Source of the DNA: Cupriavidus necator
GTDB taxonomy: Bacteria > Pseudomonadota > Gammaproteobacteria > Burkholderiales > Burkholderiaceae
DNA length: 32,000 nucleotides
Direction: 5' to 3'
NCBI RefSeq assembly: GCF_016127575.1
Contig: NZ_CP066019.1
Span: 2,220,001-2,252,000 of the forward strand
The notes below the pieces were generated by a model that saw nothing but the letters and a program-made list of their open reading frames with translations, made no database searches and had not been told where the DNA came from. Of the stretch, positions 1-12,475 are shown one piece after another. Position 1 is the first letter of the stretch. Each line of letters begins with the position of its first letter. A program made the translations under genes and the position numbers.

Positions 1-142
1 GGTCAAGGGCCTGGCCAAGGAGGTCAACCCCAACGAAGTCGACGGCATCGACGCCAAGGGCGGTTCGATGGCCGACACCATCGTCGGCTGGGTGCAGAAC
101 GGCAAGATTTCGCAGGTCCGGCTGTCGGAGCTGGCGAAGTAA
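1..142 (+). CDS. 3' end of an upstream CDS (partial, product not identifiable)
   Basis: The frame is open from the window edge (codons start at nt 2). It reads ...VKGLAKEVNPNEVDGIDAKGGSMADTIVGWVQNGKISQVRLSELAK, with TAA at 140-142 and a strong terminator hairpin directly downstream. Confidence 0.5.
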   Translation, partial: VKGLAKEVNPNEVDGIDAKGGSMADTIVGWVQNGKISQVRLSELAK

Positions 143-185
143 GCCAGGCCGCGACGGCGCCCGCGCGGCACCGCGCAAGAACAAA

Positions 186-217
186 CCCCGGCAGGCCGCG
201 AGGCCTGCCGGGGTTTC
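186..217. terminator. Bidirectional rho-independent terminator between convergent genes
   Basis: Perfect 12-bp GC-rich stem ccccggcaggcc (186-197) / ggcctgccgggg (202-213) with loop gcga. It is followed by TTTC on the + strand and TTTGTTCTT on the - strand. It lies between the stop at 142 (+) and the stop at 299 (-). Confidence 0.75.
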
Positions 218-298
218 TGCCTTCCGGGCTCCGTCAAGCGGGCCGTGCCACTGCCGGCGATCGCCGTCGCGCCCGTTGCGCGCCTCCATCTCGCCGCG

Positions 299-3193
<2,895 letters not shown>

Positions 3194-3481
3194 GGAAGTC
3201 AGGACCAGGACAAAACGCATAACGCACCGGGGCGGCCGGCCGATGTCAGCGGCAACCCTAATGTCACCATACATTGCCCCGGATGCCGCGGCACGCCCGG
3301 GGCGGCAGACTTTGTAAGTTCGTATTTCGCCATGCGGCCATGCCGCGCGGGCAGGACCGCTATCCCAGGCAGGCTGCGGGCGGGCGGGGGGTCAGCGGGT
3401 GCCCGGGACGAGCAGGCTCGCCGTCAAAGGTGGAAACAACTTCCCTGACAGGGCGGGGGGCAAAACGGCGGCGGAAGCGGC

Positions 3482-4837
3482 TCAGCGGCCGGACTGCTGG
3501 CGCAGCATTTCGGTCAGGCGCTCGGCCGGCATCGGGCGGCCGTACAGGTAGCCCTGCGCCTCATGGCAGCCGTTGGCCAGCAGGAAGTCGCGCTGCTCGG
3601 GCGTTTCCACGCCTTCTGCGACCACGCCAATGTGCAGGCTTGCGCCCACGTTGATCACCGAGCGCACGATTGCGGCATCGACCGGGTCTTCGGTCACGTT
3701 GCGGATAAAGGACTGGTCGATCTTGAGCCGGTCCACCGGGAACGACTTCAGGAAGCTGAGCGAGGCATAGCCGGTGCCGAAGTCATCGCAAGTCAGCGTC
3801 ACGCCGTCGCGGCGCAGCGCCTGCAGCTGGTCCGCGACCTCGTCGCCCTGCTGCAGCGCGATGGTTTCGGTGATCTCGATCTCCAGGCAGTCCGGGGCCA
3901 GTTCCAGCGCGCGCAGCACGTGGCGCACCTCGGTCAGCAGCCGGCTTTCGGACAGCTGGGCCGCGAACAGGTTGATCGCCACCCGCGGCGGCTGGGGAAA
4001 GGCCAGCGACCACGCGCGCGCCTGGGCGCAGGCGGTCTGCAGCAGCCACATGCCGACATCGCTGGCGATGCTGCTGCCGGCCAGCGCGTCGATGAAGGCG
4101 GCCGGCGCCAGCAGGCCGCGGGTCGGATGGCGCCAGCGCATCAGCGCCTCGGCACCGTGCACGCGGCCGTCGCGCAGGTCGACCTGCGGCTGGTACAGCA
4201 GCTCGAACTGGCGCTGGGCATAGGCTTCGTGCAACGCCTGCACCAGCGACAGCCGCGTGGTCACGTCCGAGCGCATCTGCGGCTTGAAGAAGCGGATGGT
4301 GCGGCCGCCGTCGTGCTTGGCGCGGGCCAGCGCCAGGCTGGCCGCGGCCAGCACGTCTGACCCCTGTTCGCCGGCGGCGGGGATCACGCAGGCGCCGATG
4401 CTGGCCAGCACATGGTGGCGGCCACCCGCGTTCTCATGCGGGGAGGACAGCATCGAGAGGATCGCCGCGCCGACATGGCGCACCAGCGTGGGATCCGCAA
4501 TGGAGGGAAGCAGCACACCGAACTCGTCGCTGCCAATGCGGCCGATGGCAGCGTCGCGCGGCGAGGCGTCGCGCAGGCGGCGGGCCACGCGCTGCAGGAT
4601 CAGGTCGCCTTCGGCATGCCCGTGCATGTCGTTGAAGGCGCGGAAATCGTCAATGCCGATCAACAGCAAAGCACAGCGGGGCACCGCCTCGCTCTGCAGG
4701 CGTGCCTCCAGCCGCTTCAGAAATCCCTGGCGATTGTCAACGCCGGTCAGCGGATCGAGATCCGAGCCTGGCGAGGCGCCAGTCGCCTTCGCCCCCGACT
4801 TGGCCACCATCCCTGCCCCATCTGTAATTGTCGACAT
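3482..4837 (-). CDS. GGDEF-EAL protein; probable c-di-GMP phosphodiesterase with a degenerate GGDEF domain
   Basis: - 451 aa.
- The GGDEF-domain A-site reads RIGSDEF rather than GG[DE]EF, and I saw no RxxD I-site.
- EAL-domain motifs are intact: GAEALMRW, VAINLF, EIEITE, DDFGTGYASLSFL, LKIDQSFI, VAEGVET, QGYLYGRP.
- Only about 30 aa precede the GGDEF domain, so there is no sensor domain. Confidence 0.9.
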   Translation of the reverse strand: MSTITDGAGMVAKSGAKATGASPGSDLDPLTGVDNRQGFLKRLEARLQSEAVPRCALLLIGIDDFRAFNDMHGHAEGDLILQRVARRLRDASPRDAAIGRIGSDEFGVLLPSIADPTLVRHVGAAILSMLSSPHENAGGRHHVLASIGACVIPAAGEQGSDVLAAASLALARAKHDGGRTIRFFKPQMRSDVTTRLSLVQALHEAYAQRQFELLYQPQVDLRDGRVHGAEALMRWRHPTRGLLAPAAFIDALAGSSIASDVGMWLLQTACAQARAWSLAFPQPPRVAINLFAAQLSESRLLTEVRHVLRALELAPDCLEIEITETIALQQGDEVADQLQALRRDGVTLTCDDFGTGYASLSFLKSFPVDRLKIDQSFIRNVTEDPVDAAIVRSVINVGASLHIGVVAEGVETPEQRDFLLANGCHEAQGYLYGRPMPAERLTEMLRQQSGR

Positions 4838-5094
4838 TGTTACCCGCTAGCAATTTAGCAAGTGTGACGAAAACTTGGAAAAAATCAAGCAGTTCCGATT
4901 GTGGCGGGAATGGCTATGCACCCGCGCAACGGCGCCGCATTGCGCGTTGAATCGGGTCCCGGCTTACAGTACCCTACCGCGCGTCGAGGCCGCCCGCCGC
5001 CGCCGCGCCGCCCCTTGCTACCCCGAGAGGAGCCCCTGAGGCGGCTTTGCGGGGAATGGCCGCTCCTGAACAAGAACATCACCGGGACCACACC

Positions 5095-6711
5095 GTGAAC
5101 GAATGGACCATCCGCACGCGCATCCTGGCAAGCTTTTCGCTGATCCTGCTTGTCATGGCGCTGATGGGCGTTGTCTCCTACACCCGCCTGAGCGCCATTG
5201 AGCGCGAAACCACGCTGATGCTGAAGGACGCGCTGCCCGGACTGAACCACAGTACCGGCATCCGCGGCATCTGGGGCGAGCGCTACGTGCTGGCGTGGCA
5301 GACCATCAATGCCGCCGACGAGGCCGAGCGGCGCAGCTTCCAGCAACAGGGCCAGGACGCCGCAAGCCGGCTCGACAAGGTCGAGCAGCAGTACGAGACC
5401 TCGATCACGCGCGACGAAGACCGCGCCGCCTTCAGGGCCTATCGGGACGTGCGCGCGCAATACGAACAGGCAGCCCAGATCCTGACCCGGACGGGCGAGT
5501 GGAACGGCGCCGCCGCCTCAGCCGCGTTGCGCGGCACCGTGCATGACCGCTGGATCGAGGCGCGCAAGGCCGCCCAGCACCTGGTGGACGACAACAGCGC
5601 GGTCAATGCGCGGGCGGCGCGCGGCATCGACGACGCCGTCAATGCCGCCAAGATCGGCATCGAAGCGGCACTGATCGTGGCCCTGGTGGTCGCCATCGTC
5701 TGCGGCTACCTGCTGCTGCGCGCGATCACAGTGCCGATGCAGTCGATCGTCAACCTGCTGTCCGGCATCCGCGGCGGCGACCTGCGCCTGCGCATGGCGC
5801 TGCGCCGCAAGGACGAATTCCAGGAAGTGGAGGCAGGTTTCAACCAGATGACGGGAGAGCTGACCTCGCTGGTGGGCCAGGCGCAGCGCACCGCGATCCA
5901 GGTCACCACCTCGGTCAACGAGATCGCCGCGACGGCGCGCCAGCAGCAGGCCACCGCCACCGAGACCGCCGCCACCACGACCCAGATCGGCGCGACCTCG
6001 CGCGAGATCTCGGCCACCGCGCGCGACCTGGTGCGCACCATCCATGAAGTCTCCAGCGCCGCCGAGCAGGCGGCCGGGCTGGCCGGCACCGGCCAGGTCG
6101 GGCTGTCGCGCATGGAAGGCACCATGCAGCATGTGATGGACGCCGCCGGCTCGGTCAATGCCAAGCTGGCCACGCTCAACGAAAAGGCCAGCAATATCAA
6201 CCAGGTCGTGACCACCATCGCCAAGGTGGCCGACCAGACCAACCTGCTGTCGCTGAACGCCGCGATCGAGGCCGAGAAGGCCGGCGAATACGGCCGCGGC
6301 TTTGCCGTGGTGGCGACCGAGATCCGCCGCCTGGCCGACCAGACCGCGGTGGCCACCTACGATATCGAGCAGATGGTGCGCGAGATCCAGTCGGCGGTGT
6401 CGGCGGGCGTGATGGGCATGGACAAGTTCTCGGAGGAAGTGCGCCGCGGCATGTCCGAGGTCACGCAGGTCGGCGACCAGCTGTCGCAGATCATCGCGCA
6501 GGTGCAGTCGCTGGCGCCGCGCGTGCTGATGGTCAATGAAGGCATGCAGGCCCAGGCCGGCGGCGCCGAGCAGATCAACCAGGCGCTGATGCAGCTGTCC
6601 GAGGCCGCGCAGCAGACCGTGGAGTCGCTGCGCCAGTCGAGCCAGGCGATCGACGAACTGACGCTGGTGGCCAACGACCTGCGCAGCGGCGTCTCGCGCT
6701 TCAAGGTCTAG
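5095..6711 (+). CDS. wspA: Methyl-accepting chemotaxis protein, WspA-type (4HB sensor-HAMP-MA)
   Basis: - The MCP signalling hairpin is [39 protein letters not shown].
- There are two TM segments ([18 protein letters not shown] and [18 protein letters not shown]).
- It is the first gene of a wsp-ordered cluster.
- The start is ambiguous. GTG 5095 gives [14 protein letters not shown], the typical MCP N-terminus. In-frame alternatives are ATG 5056 and TTG 5047. Confidence 0.9.
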   Translation: MNEWTIRTRILASFSLILLVMALMGVVSYTRLSAIERETTLMLKDALPGLNHSTGIRGIWGERYVLAWQTINAADEAERRSFQQQGQDAASRLDKVEQQYETSITRDEDRAAFRAYRDVRAQYEQAAQILTRTGEWNGAAASAALRGTVHDRWIEARKAAQHLVDDNSAVNARAARGIDDAVNAAKIGIEAALIVALVVAIVCGYLLLRAITVPMQSIVNLLSGIRGGDLRLRMALRRKDEFQEVEAGFNQMTGELTSLVGQAQRTAIQVTTSVNEIAATARQQQATATETAATTTQIGATSREISATARDLVRTIHEVSSAAEQAAGLAGTGQVGLSRMEGTMQHVMDAAGSVNAKLATLNEKASNINQVVTTIAKVADQTNLLSLNAAIEAEKAGEYGRGFAVVATEIRRLADQTAVATYDIEQMVREIQSAVSAGVMGMDKFSEEVRRGMSEVTQVGDQLSQIIAQVQSLAPRVLMVNEGMQAQAGGAEQINQALMQLSEAAQQTVESLRQSSQAIDELTLVANDLRSGVSRFKV

Positions 6712-6729
6712 GGCCTGCGCCCCGCCGCC

Positions 6730-7206
6730 ATGAAACTTTTCCTGCTGTTCCGCCTCGGCGCTGACCACTATGCGCTCGATGCCGCCGAGGTGGCCGAGGT
6801 GCTGCCGCTCACGCGGCTCAAGCAGATCCCCGGCGCGCCGGCCTGGGTGGCGGGCCTGATGGAGCGCCGCGGCCAGCCGGTGCCGGTGATCGACCTGCCG
6901 GCGCTGGCCACCGGCGTGCCGGCGGCGCTGCGCACCAGCACGCGCACGGTGCTGGTCCACTACCGCCGCCATGGCGGCGAGGCCGGCCGGCTGCTGGGCC
7001 TGCGCCTGGAATCGGCCACCCAGACGCTGCGCTGCCCGGTGAAATCGTTTGTCGACGGCGGCATCGCCGGAGCCAGCCCGCGCTACCTTGGGCCGGTGCG
7101 GCACGACGCGCGCGGCCTGCTGCAGTGGGTGCGGGTCGATGCCCTGCTGCCGGACGACGTCCATGCCATGCTGTTTGCCGACACCTCCGGGGAGGCCGCG
7201 GCATGA
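6730..7206 (+). CDS. wspB: CheW-like coupling protein WspB
   Basis: 158-aa CheW-like domain (LFRLGADHYALDAAEVAEVLP...IPGAPAWVAGLMERRGQPVPVIDL). It is second in the wsp order, and its stop overlaps the wspC start (ATGA at 7203-7206). Confidence 0.85.
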   Translation: MKLFLLFRLGADHYALDAAEVAEVLPLTRLKQIPGAPAWVAGLMERRGQPVPVIDLPALATGVPAALRTSTRTVLVHYRRHGGEAGRLLGLRLESATQTLRCPVKSFVDGGIAGASPRYLGPVRHDARGLLQWVRVDALLPDDVHAMLFADTSGEAAA

Positions 7207-8474
7207 GCACTGCCACGCACATCGAGGCCCTGCTCAAGGCCCGCATCGGCCTGGACGCCGGCGCCATCGGCACCGGCGCGGTAGCACGCGCCGTGCGTGA
7301 GCGCCAGCAGGCACGGCAGGCGCCGGACACCCAGGCCTACTGGGACTTGCTGCACGGCACCGCCGATGAATTCCAGGCCCTGATCGAGGCCGTGGTGGTG
7401 CCCGAGACCTGGTTCTTCCGGCATCGCGAAGCACTGCTGGCGCTGGGCCGCCTTGCCGCCGAGCGCGCCTTTGCCGACGGCAGGCGCACCCTGCGCGCGC
7501 TGAGCCTGCCCTGCTCCACCGGCGAAGAGCCCTACTCGATCGCCATGGCCATGCTCGATGCGGGCGTGCCGGCGGGCCGCTTTGCCATCGATGCGGTGGA
7601 CATCAGCGCCCGCGCGCTGGCCCGCGCACGCCAGGGCGAATACGGCGCAAACGCGTTTCGCAGCGCGCCGCTGGATTTCCGCGACCGCTATTTCACGGCC
7701 ACGCCCAGCGGCTATGTGCTGGATGCACGCGTGCGCGCACAGGTGCGGCTGCTGCAGGGCAACCTGGTCGATCCCGGCCTGCTGGCCGGCGAGCGGCCCT
7801 ATGACTTCGTGTTCTGCCGCAACCTGCTGATCTACTTCGACGCGCCGGGGCAGCGGCATGCGGTGCAGACGCTGGCGCGGCTGGCCGCTGCCGACGGCAT
7901 TCTCTTTGTCGGGCCGGCCGAGGCCAGCGTGCTGAGCGCGCAGGGCCTGGAGCCGGTCGGCCTGCCGCTGACCTTTGCCTTCCGCAAGCCGTCCGCCGTG
8001 CCCGCCGCCAGGGCGGCGCCGCGTGCGCCCGTGCACGCGGCCCAGCCGCCGCGCATGGCCGCACCGCCACGGCTGCCGCGGCCGCCTGCCTCGATGCGGC
8101 CCGTCCCGGTCACGCCCCCGCCCCTGCGGCCCGCAGCGCCCGCGCCTGGCAACGATCAGCGCGCCGCGCTGGCTGCCATTGCCGCCCAGGCCGACCGCGG
8201 CGAGCTGGAGGCTGCCACCGCAGCCTGCCTGGCGCTGCTCGAGCGCACCGCGGATGCCAACGCCGACGCCTATTGCATGCTGGGTGTGCTGCACGACGCC
8301 GCGGGCCGCGCCGCGCAGGCCCATGCCGCCTACCGCAAGGCGCTGTACCTGGACCCGGCGCACCAGGAAAGCCTGTACCACCTGGCCGCGCTGCTCGATA
8401 CCGAAGGCGATCACGCTGGCGCCATGCACCTGCGCCAGCGCGCGCAACGCCACACCCGCAAGCACCATGGCTGA
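7203..8474 (+). CDS. wspC: CheR-type methyltransferase with Pro-rich linker and C-terminal TPR domain (WspC)
   Basis: It has the CheR SAM-binding signature LRALSLPCSTGEEPYSIAMAML and the motif FCRNLLIYFD. A Pro/Ala-rich linker precedes TPR-like repeats (AYCMLGVLHDAAGRAAQAHAAYRKALYLDPAHQESLYHLAALL). The start at ATG 7203 is coupled to the wspB stop. Confidence 0.9.
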   Translation: MSTATHIEALLKARIGLDAGAIGTGAVARAVRERQQARQAPDTQAYWDLLHGTADEFQALIEAVVVPETWFFRHREALLALGRLAAERAFADGRRTLRALSLPCSTGEEPYSIAMAMLDAGVPAGRFAIDAVDISARALARARQGEYGANAFRSAPLDFRDRYFTATPSGYVLDARVRAQVRLLQGNLVDPGLLAGERPYDFVFCRNLLIYFDAPGQRHAVQTLARLAAADGILFVGPAEASVLSAQGLEPVGLPLTFAFRKPSAVPAARAAPRAPVHAAQPPRMAAPPRLPRPPASMRPVPVTPPPLRPAAPAPGNDQRAALAAIAAQADRGELEAATAACLALLERTADANADAYCMLGVLHDAAGRAAQAHAAYRKALYLDPAHQESLYHLAALLDTEGDHAGAMHLRQRAQRHTRKHHG

Positions 8475-9153
8475 GCCCCCAGGCATTCTCCTGCGCACCG
8501 AAAACGTCGACGACTGCTGGCGGCGCATCGGCGTGCGCGGCGACGGCTCGTGCCCCGCCCTGGCCGAGCACGCGCACTGCCGCAACTGCCCCACCTACGC
8601 CCGGGCCGCGGCCATGCTGCTGGACGCGCAACGGCTGGACGTAATGCCGGAGGCACTGCCCGATGCCGCCACGTTCACCGACGATGACGGGGCCTTGCCG
8701 GCAGAACGCGGCACCGCGCTGGCCTGCCTGGTGTTCCGCATCGGCGATGAGTGGCTGGCCTTGCCAACCGCAGCGCTGAGCGAAGTCACCGCCCCCTGCC
8801 CGATCCATTCGCTGCCGCACCGGCGCGATGCCGCCGTGCTGGGGCTGGCCGCGGTGCGCGGCAACCTGCTGGCCTGCCTGTCGCTGGCCCGGCTGTTCGA
8901 CGCGGGCGCCGGTGAAAGTGCCAGCGGCAGCCGTTTCCTGATCCTCGGGCAGGGCCGCGCCGCGATCGCGCTGCCGGTGGCCGAGGTGTCTGGCATCGCC
9001 CGCGTGCCGCAGCCCGCGCTGCAGCCGCTGCCCGCCACCCTTGCGCGGGCCTCGGCGCGCTACACGCAGGCGCTGTTCCTCGACCAGGGCCGCAGCGTCG
9101 GGCTGCTCGATGCCGCACTGGTACGCCAGGCGCTGGCCAGGAGCCTGGCATGA
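8467..9153 (+). CDS. wspD: CheW-like protein WspD with N-terminal Cys4 motif
   Basis: ATG 8467 overlaps the wspC stop (8472-8474) by 8 nt. The N-terminus reads DDCWRRIGVRGDGSCPALAEHAHCRNCPTY, followed by a CheW-like domain (LVFRIGDEWLALPTAALSEV...). The stop overlaps the wspE start. Confidence 0.85.
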   Translation: MAEPPGILLRTENVDDCWRRIGVRGDGSCPALAEHAHCRNCPTYARAAAMLLDAQRLDVMPEALPDAATFTDDDGALPAERGTALACLVFRIGDEWLALPTAALSEVTAPCPIHSLPHRRDAAVLGLAAVRGNLLACLSLARLFDAGAGESASGSRFLILGQGRAAIALPVAEVSGIARVPQPALQPLPATLARASARYTQALFLDQGRSVGLLDAALVRQALARSLA

Positions 9154-11405
9154 ATTCCGAGCAACTGCGCGACGCCTCGCTGCTGGAACTGTTCGCGCTC
9201 GAGGCCGATGCCCAGGCCGAAGTCCTCAATGCCGGCCTGCTGGCGCTGGAGCGCAACCCGGCAGCCGCCGAGCAGCTCGAAGCCTGCATGCGTGCCGCCC
9301 ACTCGCTCAAGGGCGCGGCCCGCATCGTCGGGCTCGATGGCGGCGTGCGCGTAGCACACGCCATGGAAGACTGCCTGGTCGCCGCACAGGGCGGCATGCC
9401 GCTGACCGCCGCGCATATCGACGCGCTGCTGCAAGGCACCGACCTGCTGCTGCGCATCGGCCATCCGCCCGGCGGCAATCCGGGCTGGGCCGAGCACGCG
9501 GGCCGCGCCGAGATCGATGCAGTGGTGCAGCGGCTGGGCACGGTCGATGGCGGTGCCGCGGCGCCGGTCGTGCAGGCACAGCCAGCGCCGGCCCCGTTAC
9601 CGGAACCAGCGCCCGCGATACCGGCGCCGCCGGCACCGGCAGACGACACACAGGAGCGCATGCTGCGCGTGAATGCCGACGCGCTTGACCAGTTGCTGGC
9701 GCTGTCCGGCGAGGCCATGGTCGAGTCGCACTGGCTGCGCCCCTTCGGCACCTCGCTGCAGAAGGCAAGGCGGCAACAGGCACGCGCACTGCGCGCCGTC
9801 GATGCGCTGCAGCAAGCCTTGCAGGACGGCAACGCGGGCGCGGCTGCGCACACCGCGCTGGCAGAACTGCGCCAGCTGCTGGACGAAAGCCACGATCAGC
9901 TGGCCGCGCGGCTGGAAGAGTTCGAACAGTACGATCACCGCGCCACGCGGCTGGCGCGCCGGCTCTATGACAGCGCGCTGGCCTCGCGCATGCGCCCGCT
10001 GGCGGACGCGCTGACCGGCTATGCGCGCATGGTGCGCGACCTCGGGCGCGCGCTCGGCAAGCCGGTGCACCTGGACCTGATCGGCGCCGGCACCCAGGTG
10101 GACCGCGATATCCTGGAAGCACTGGACGCGCCGCTGGCGCACCTGCTGCGCAACGCGGTGGACCACGGCATCGAAGCGCCCGAGGTGCGCGCGGCGCAGG
10201 GCAAGCCGGCGGAAGGCCGCGTCACGCTGCAGGCGCGCCACAACGCGGGCCGCCTGGTGATCGAAATCTTCGACGACGGCGCCGGCGTCGACCTGGAAGC
10301 CCTGCGCGACGCCATCGTGCGGCGGCGGCTGGCGTCCGCAGAGACCGCGGCACGGCTGTCGCAGGCAGAGCTGCTCGACTTCCTGCTGCTGCCGGGCTTC
10401 AGCATGCGCGACTCGGTCTCCGAGGTCTCCGGCCGCGGCGTGGGCCTCGATGCCGTGCAGGAGATGGTGCGCCGCGTGCGTGGCAGCCTGCGCCTGACGC
10501 AGCAGCCGGGCCAGGGCCTGCACTTCCGGATGGAGTTGCCACTGACGCTGTCGGTGGTGCGCGCTCTGCTGGTGGAGGTCGCGGGCGAAGCCTATGCCTT
10601 CCCGCTGGGCCGCGTGCTGCGCGCGGCCTCGGTGGCGCGCAGCGAGATCGAGCAGACCGAAGGGCACCAGCATTTCCGCCACGAAGGCCGCGCCATCGGG
10701 CTGGTCAGCGCGGCGCAGGTGCTGCAACGCCCCGAGGCTGACGCTGCCAATGCGCACGCGCAAGTGCCAGTGGTGGTCATCGGCGAGGCCGAGCGCATCT
10801 ATGGCATTGCCGTCGACCGCATGCTGGGCGAGCGCCTGCTGGTGGTGCAGCCGCTGCCGGCGGCACTGGGCAAGGTCCGCGACATCGCCGCCGGCAGCCT
10901 CACCGACGACGGCACGCCGGTGCTGATCTTCGATGTCGAGGACGTGATCCGCTCGGTCGAGAAGCTGGTCTCCGAGGGCCGCATCGAAGGCGTGCGGCAG
11001 GCGGCCGTGGCCAGCGTCCAGGCGCGCGCGCGGCGCGTGCTGGTGGTGGACGACTCGCTCACCGTGCGCGAGCTGCAGCGCAAGCTGCTGGCCGGGCGCG
11101 GCTATGACGTGGCGGTGGCGGTCGACGGCATGGACGGCTGGAATGTGCTGCGCGCCGAGCCCTTCGACCTGGTCATCACCGATATCGACATGCCGCGCAT
11201 GGACGGCATCGAGCTGGTGCGCCGGATCCGGCAGGACGCCGCGCTGCGGCAGCTGCCGGTGATGGTGGTGTCGTACAAGGACCGCGAACAGGACCGCCAG
11301 CGCGGGCTCGAGGCCGGCGCGGACTATTATCTGGCCAAGGGCAGTTTCCACGACGCCGCGTTGCTCGACGCGGTCCATGACCTGATCGGCGAGGCACGCC
11401 CATGA
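9150..11405 (+). CDS. wspE: Hybrid CheA-type histidine kinase with C-terminal receiver (WspE)
   Basis: - HPt motif: AAHSLKGAARIVG.
- HATPase motifs: LLRNAVDHGIE, DDGAGVD, GRGVGLD.
- A CheW-like domain is present.
- Receiver domain: RVLVVDDSLTVRE...DLVITDIDMPRMDGIELV...VMVVSYKD.
- ATGA overlaps occur at both ends (9150-9153 and 11402-11405), and there is an SD (caggag) upstream. Confidence 0.93.
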   Translation: MNSEQLRDASLLELFALEADAQAEVLNAGLLALERNPAAAEQLEACMRAAHSLKGAARIVGLDGGVRVAHAMEDCLVAAQGGMPLTAAHIDALLQGTDLLLRIGHPPGGNPGWAEHAGRAEIDAVVQRLGTVDGGAAAPVVQAQPAPAPLPEPAPAIPAPPAPADDTQERMLRVNADALDQLLALSGEAMVESHWLRPFGTSLQKARRQQARALRAVDALQQALQDGNAGAAAHTALAELRQLLDESHDQLAARLEEFEQYDHRATRLARRLYDSALASRMRPLADALTGYARMVRDLGRALGKPVHLDLIGAGTQVDRDILEALDAPLAHLLRNAVDHGIEAPEVRAAQGKPAEGRVTLQARHNAGRLVIEIFDDGAGVDLEALRDAIVRRRLASAETAARLSQAELLDFLLLPGFSMRDSVSEVSGRGVGLDAVQEMVRRVRGSLRLTQQPGQGLHFRMELPLTLSVVRALLVEVAGEAYAFPLGRVLRAASVARSEIEQTEGHQHFRHEGRAIGLVSAAQVLQRPEADAANAHAQVPVVVIGEAERIYGIAVDRMLGERLLVVQPLPAALGKVRDIAAGSLTDDGTPVLIFDVEDVIRSVEKLVSEGRIEGVRQAAVASVQARARRVLVVDDSLTVRELQRKLLAGRGYDVAVAVDGMDGWNVLRAEPFDLVITDIDMPRMDGIELVRRIRQDAALRQLPVMVVSYKDREQDRQRGLEAGADYYLAKGSFHDAALLDAVHDLIGEARP

Positions 11406-12421
11406 AGATCGGCATCGTCAATGACTCGGCGCTTGCGGTAGCCGCGCTGCGCCGCGCGCTTGCGCTGGATCCGTCGTTCGAGATCGCCTGGGTCGCCGGC
11501 GACGGCGAACAGGCGGTGCAGATGGCCGCGCGCCAGACCCCGGACCTGATCCTGATGGACCTGCTGATGCCGGTCATGGACGGCGTCGAGGCGACCCGGC
11601 GCATCATGTCCGCCACCCCCTGCGCCATCGTGGTGGTGACCATGGACCTGGGCCGCAATGCCTCGCAGGTGTTCGACGCAATGGGCCACGGCGCCATCGA
11701 CGCGGTCGACACCCCCACGCTGGTCGAGCCCGACGCCCAGCTTGCCGCCGGGCCGCTGCTGCGCAAGCTGCGCAATATCGGCCGCCTGCTGGCCGGCCGC
11801 GTGGCCCCGCAGCATAGGCTGACGGCAGCGCCGCGCGCAGTGGCCGCACCACGGCTGGTGGCGATCGGCGCCTCGGCCGGCGGCCCGGCCGCGCTGGCCA
11901 CGCTGCTGGGCGCGCTGCCGGCGGACTTCGGCGCCGCGGTGGTCACCGTGCAGCATGTGGACGAAGCCTTTGCCGCCGGCATGGCCGACTGGCTCGACGG
12001 ACAGTGCAAGCTGCCGGTGCGCATTGCCCGCGCCGGCGACGCGCCCCAGGCCGGCACGGTGCTGCTGGCCGGCACCAACGACCACCTGCGCCTGGCCAGT
12101 CCCACGCGCATGGCCTACTCCGAACAGCCCTGCGACTACCTGTACCGCCCCTCCATCGATGTGTTCTTTGAAAGCGTGGTGGAGCACTGGCGCGGCGACG
12201 TGATCGGCGTGCTGCTCACCGGCATGGGCCGCGACGGCGCGCTGGGGCTGAAGGCGATGCGCGAGCGCGGCTTCCTGACCATCGCCCAGGACCGCGCCAC
12301 CAGCGCCGTGTACGGCATGCCCAAGGCCGCCGCAGCCATGGGCGCGGCCGCGGAGATCCTGCCGCTGCCGCGCATTGCGCCGCGGCTGGTGCAGGCATGC
12401 GGCGGCACCGTGCCGCTTTGA
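11402..12421 (+). CDS. wspF: CheB-type methylesterase with receiver domain (WspF)
   Basis: The receiver domain reads KIGIVNDSALA...DLILMDLLMPVMDG. The methylesterase domain carries GASAGGPAAL, VTVQHVD and GMGRDGA. It is translationally coupled to wspE. Confidence 0.92.
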   Translation: MKIGIVNDSALAVAALRRALALDPSFEIAWVAGDGEQAVQMAARQTPDLILMDLLMPVMDGVEATRRIMSATPCAIVVVTMDLGRNASQVFDAMGHGAIDAVDTPTLVEPDAQLAAGPLLRKLRNIGRLLAGRVAPQHRLTAAPRAVAAPRLVAIGASAGGPAALATLLGALPADFGAAVVTVQHVDEAFAAGMADWLDGQCKLPVRIARAGDAPQAGTVLLAGTNDHLRLASPTRMAYSEQPCDYLYRPSIDVFFESVVEHWRGDVIGVLLTGMGRDGALGLKAMRERGFLTIAQDRATSAVYGMPKAAAAMGAAAEILPLPRIAPRLVQACGGTVPL

Positions 12422-12475
12422 CCCGATGCAATACGTCGCGGCCGGCACCGGGACCGTGACACCCAGGAACTGAAC

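Noticed and set aside
4876-4891. Sigma-54-like spacing TTGGaaaaaatcaaGCA (GG-N10-GC) upstream of wspA
   Set aside because: Only the GG and GC dinucleotides and their spacing fit. The flanking bases diverge from TGGCAC-N5-TTGCW, and no enhancer-binding protein gene is nearby. This is too weak to call without transcription start site data.
4885-5460. 191-aa - strand ORF spanning the divergent promoter region and the 5' end of wspA
   Set aside because: It overlaps the well-supported wspA N-terminus and the intergenic promoter region. It has no recognisable domain and shows GC-artefact composition.
5518-7164. 548-aa ORF on the - strand opposite wspA/wspB. Similar long antisense or off-frame ORFs occur at 7083-8594, 8786-9853, 9597-11378, 11176-12481, 12995-13621, 16713-17816, 18455-19237, 19347-20210, 22129-23645, 23564-24241, 25296-26717, 26648-27475, 26739-27677, 30034-31338 and 30257-31657.
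   Set aside because: Each overlaps a gene with clear family motifs on the other strand or frame, and its composition (Arg/Ala/Gly/His/Gln-rich) is that of GC-driven open frames. I saw no independent translation signals.
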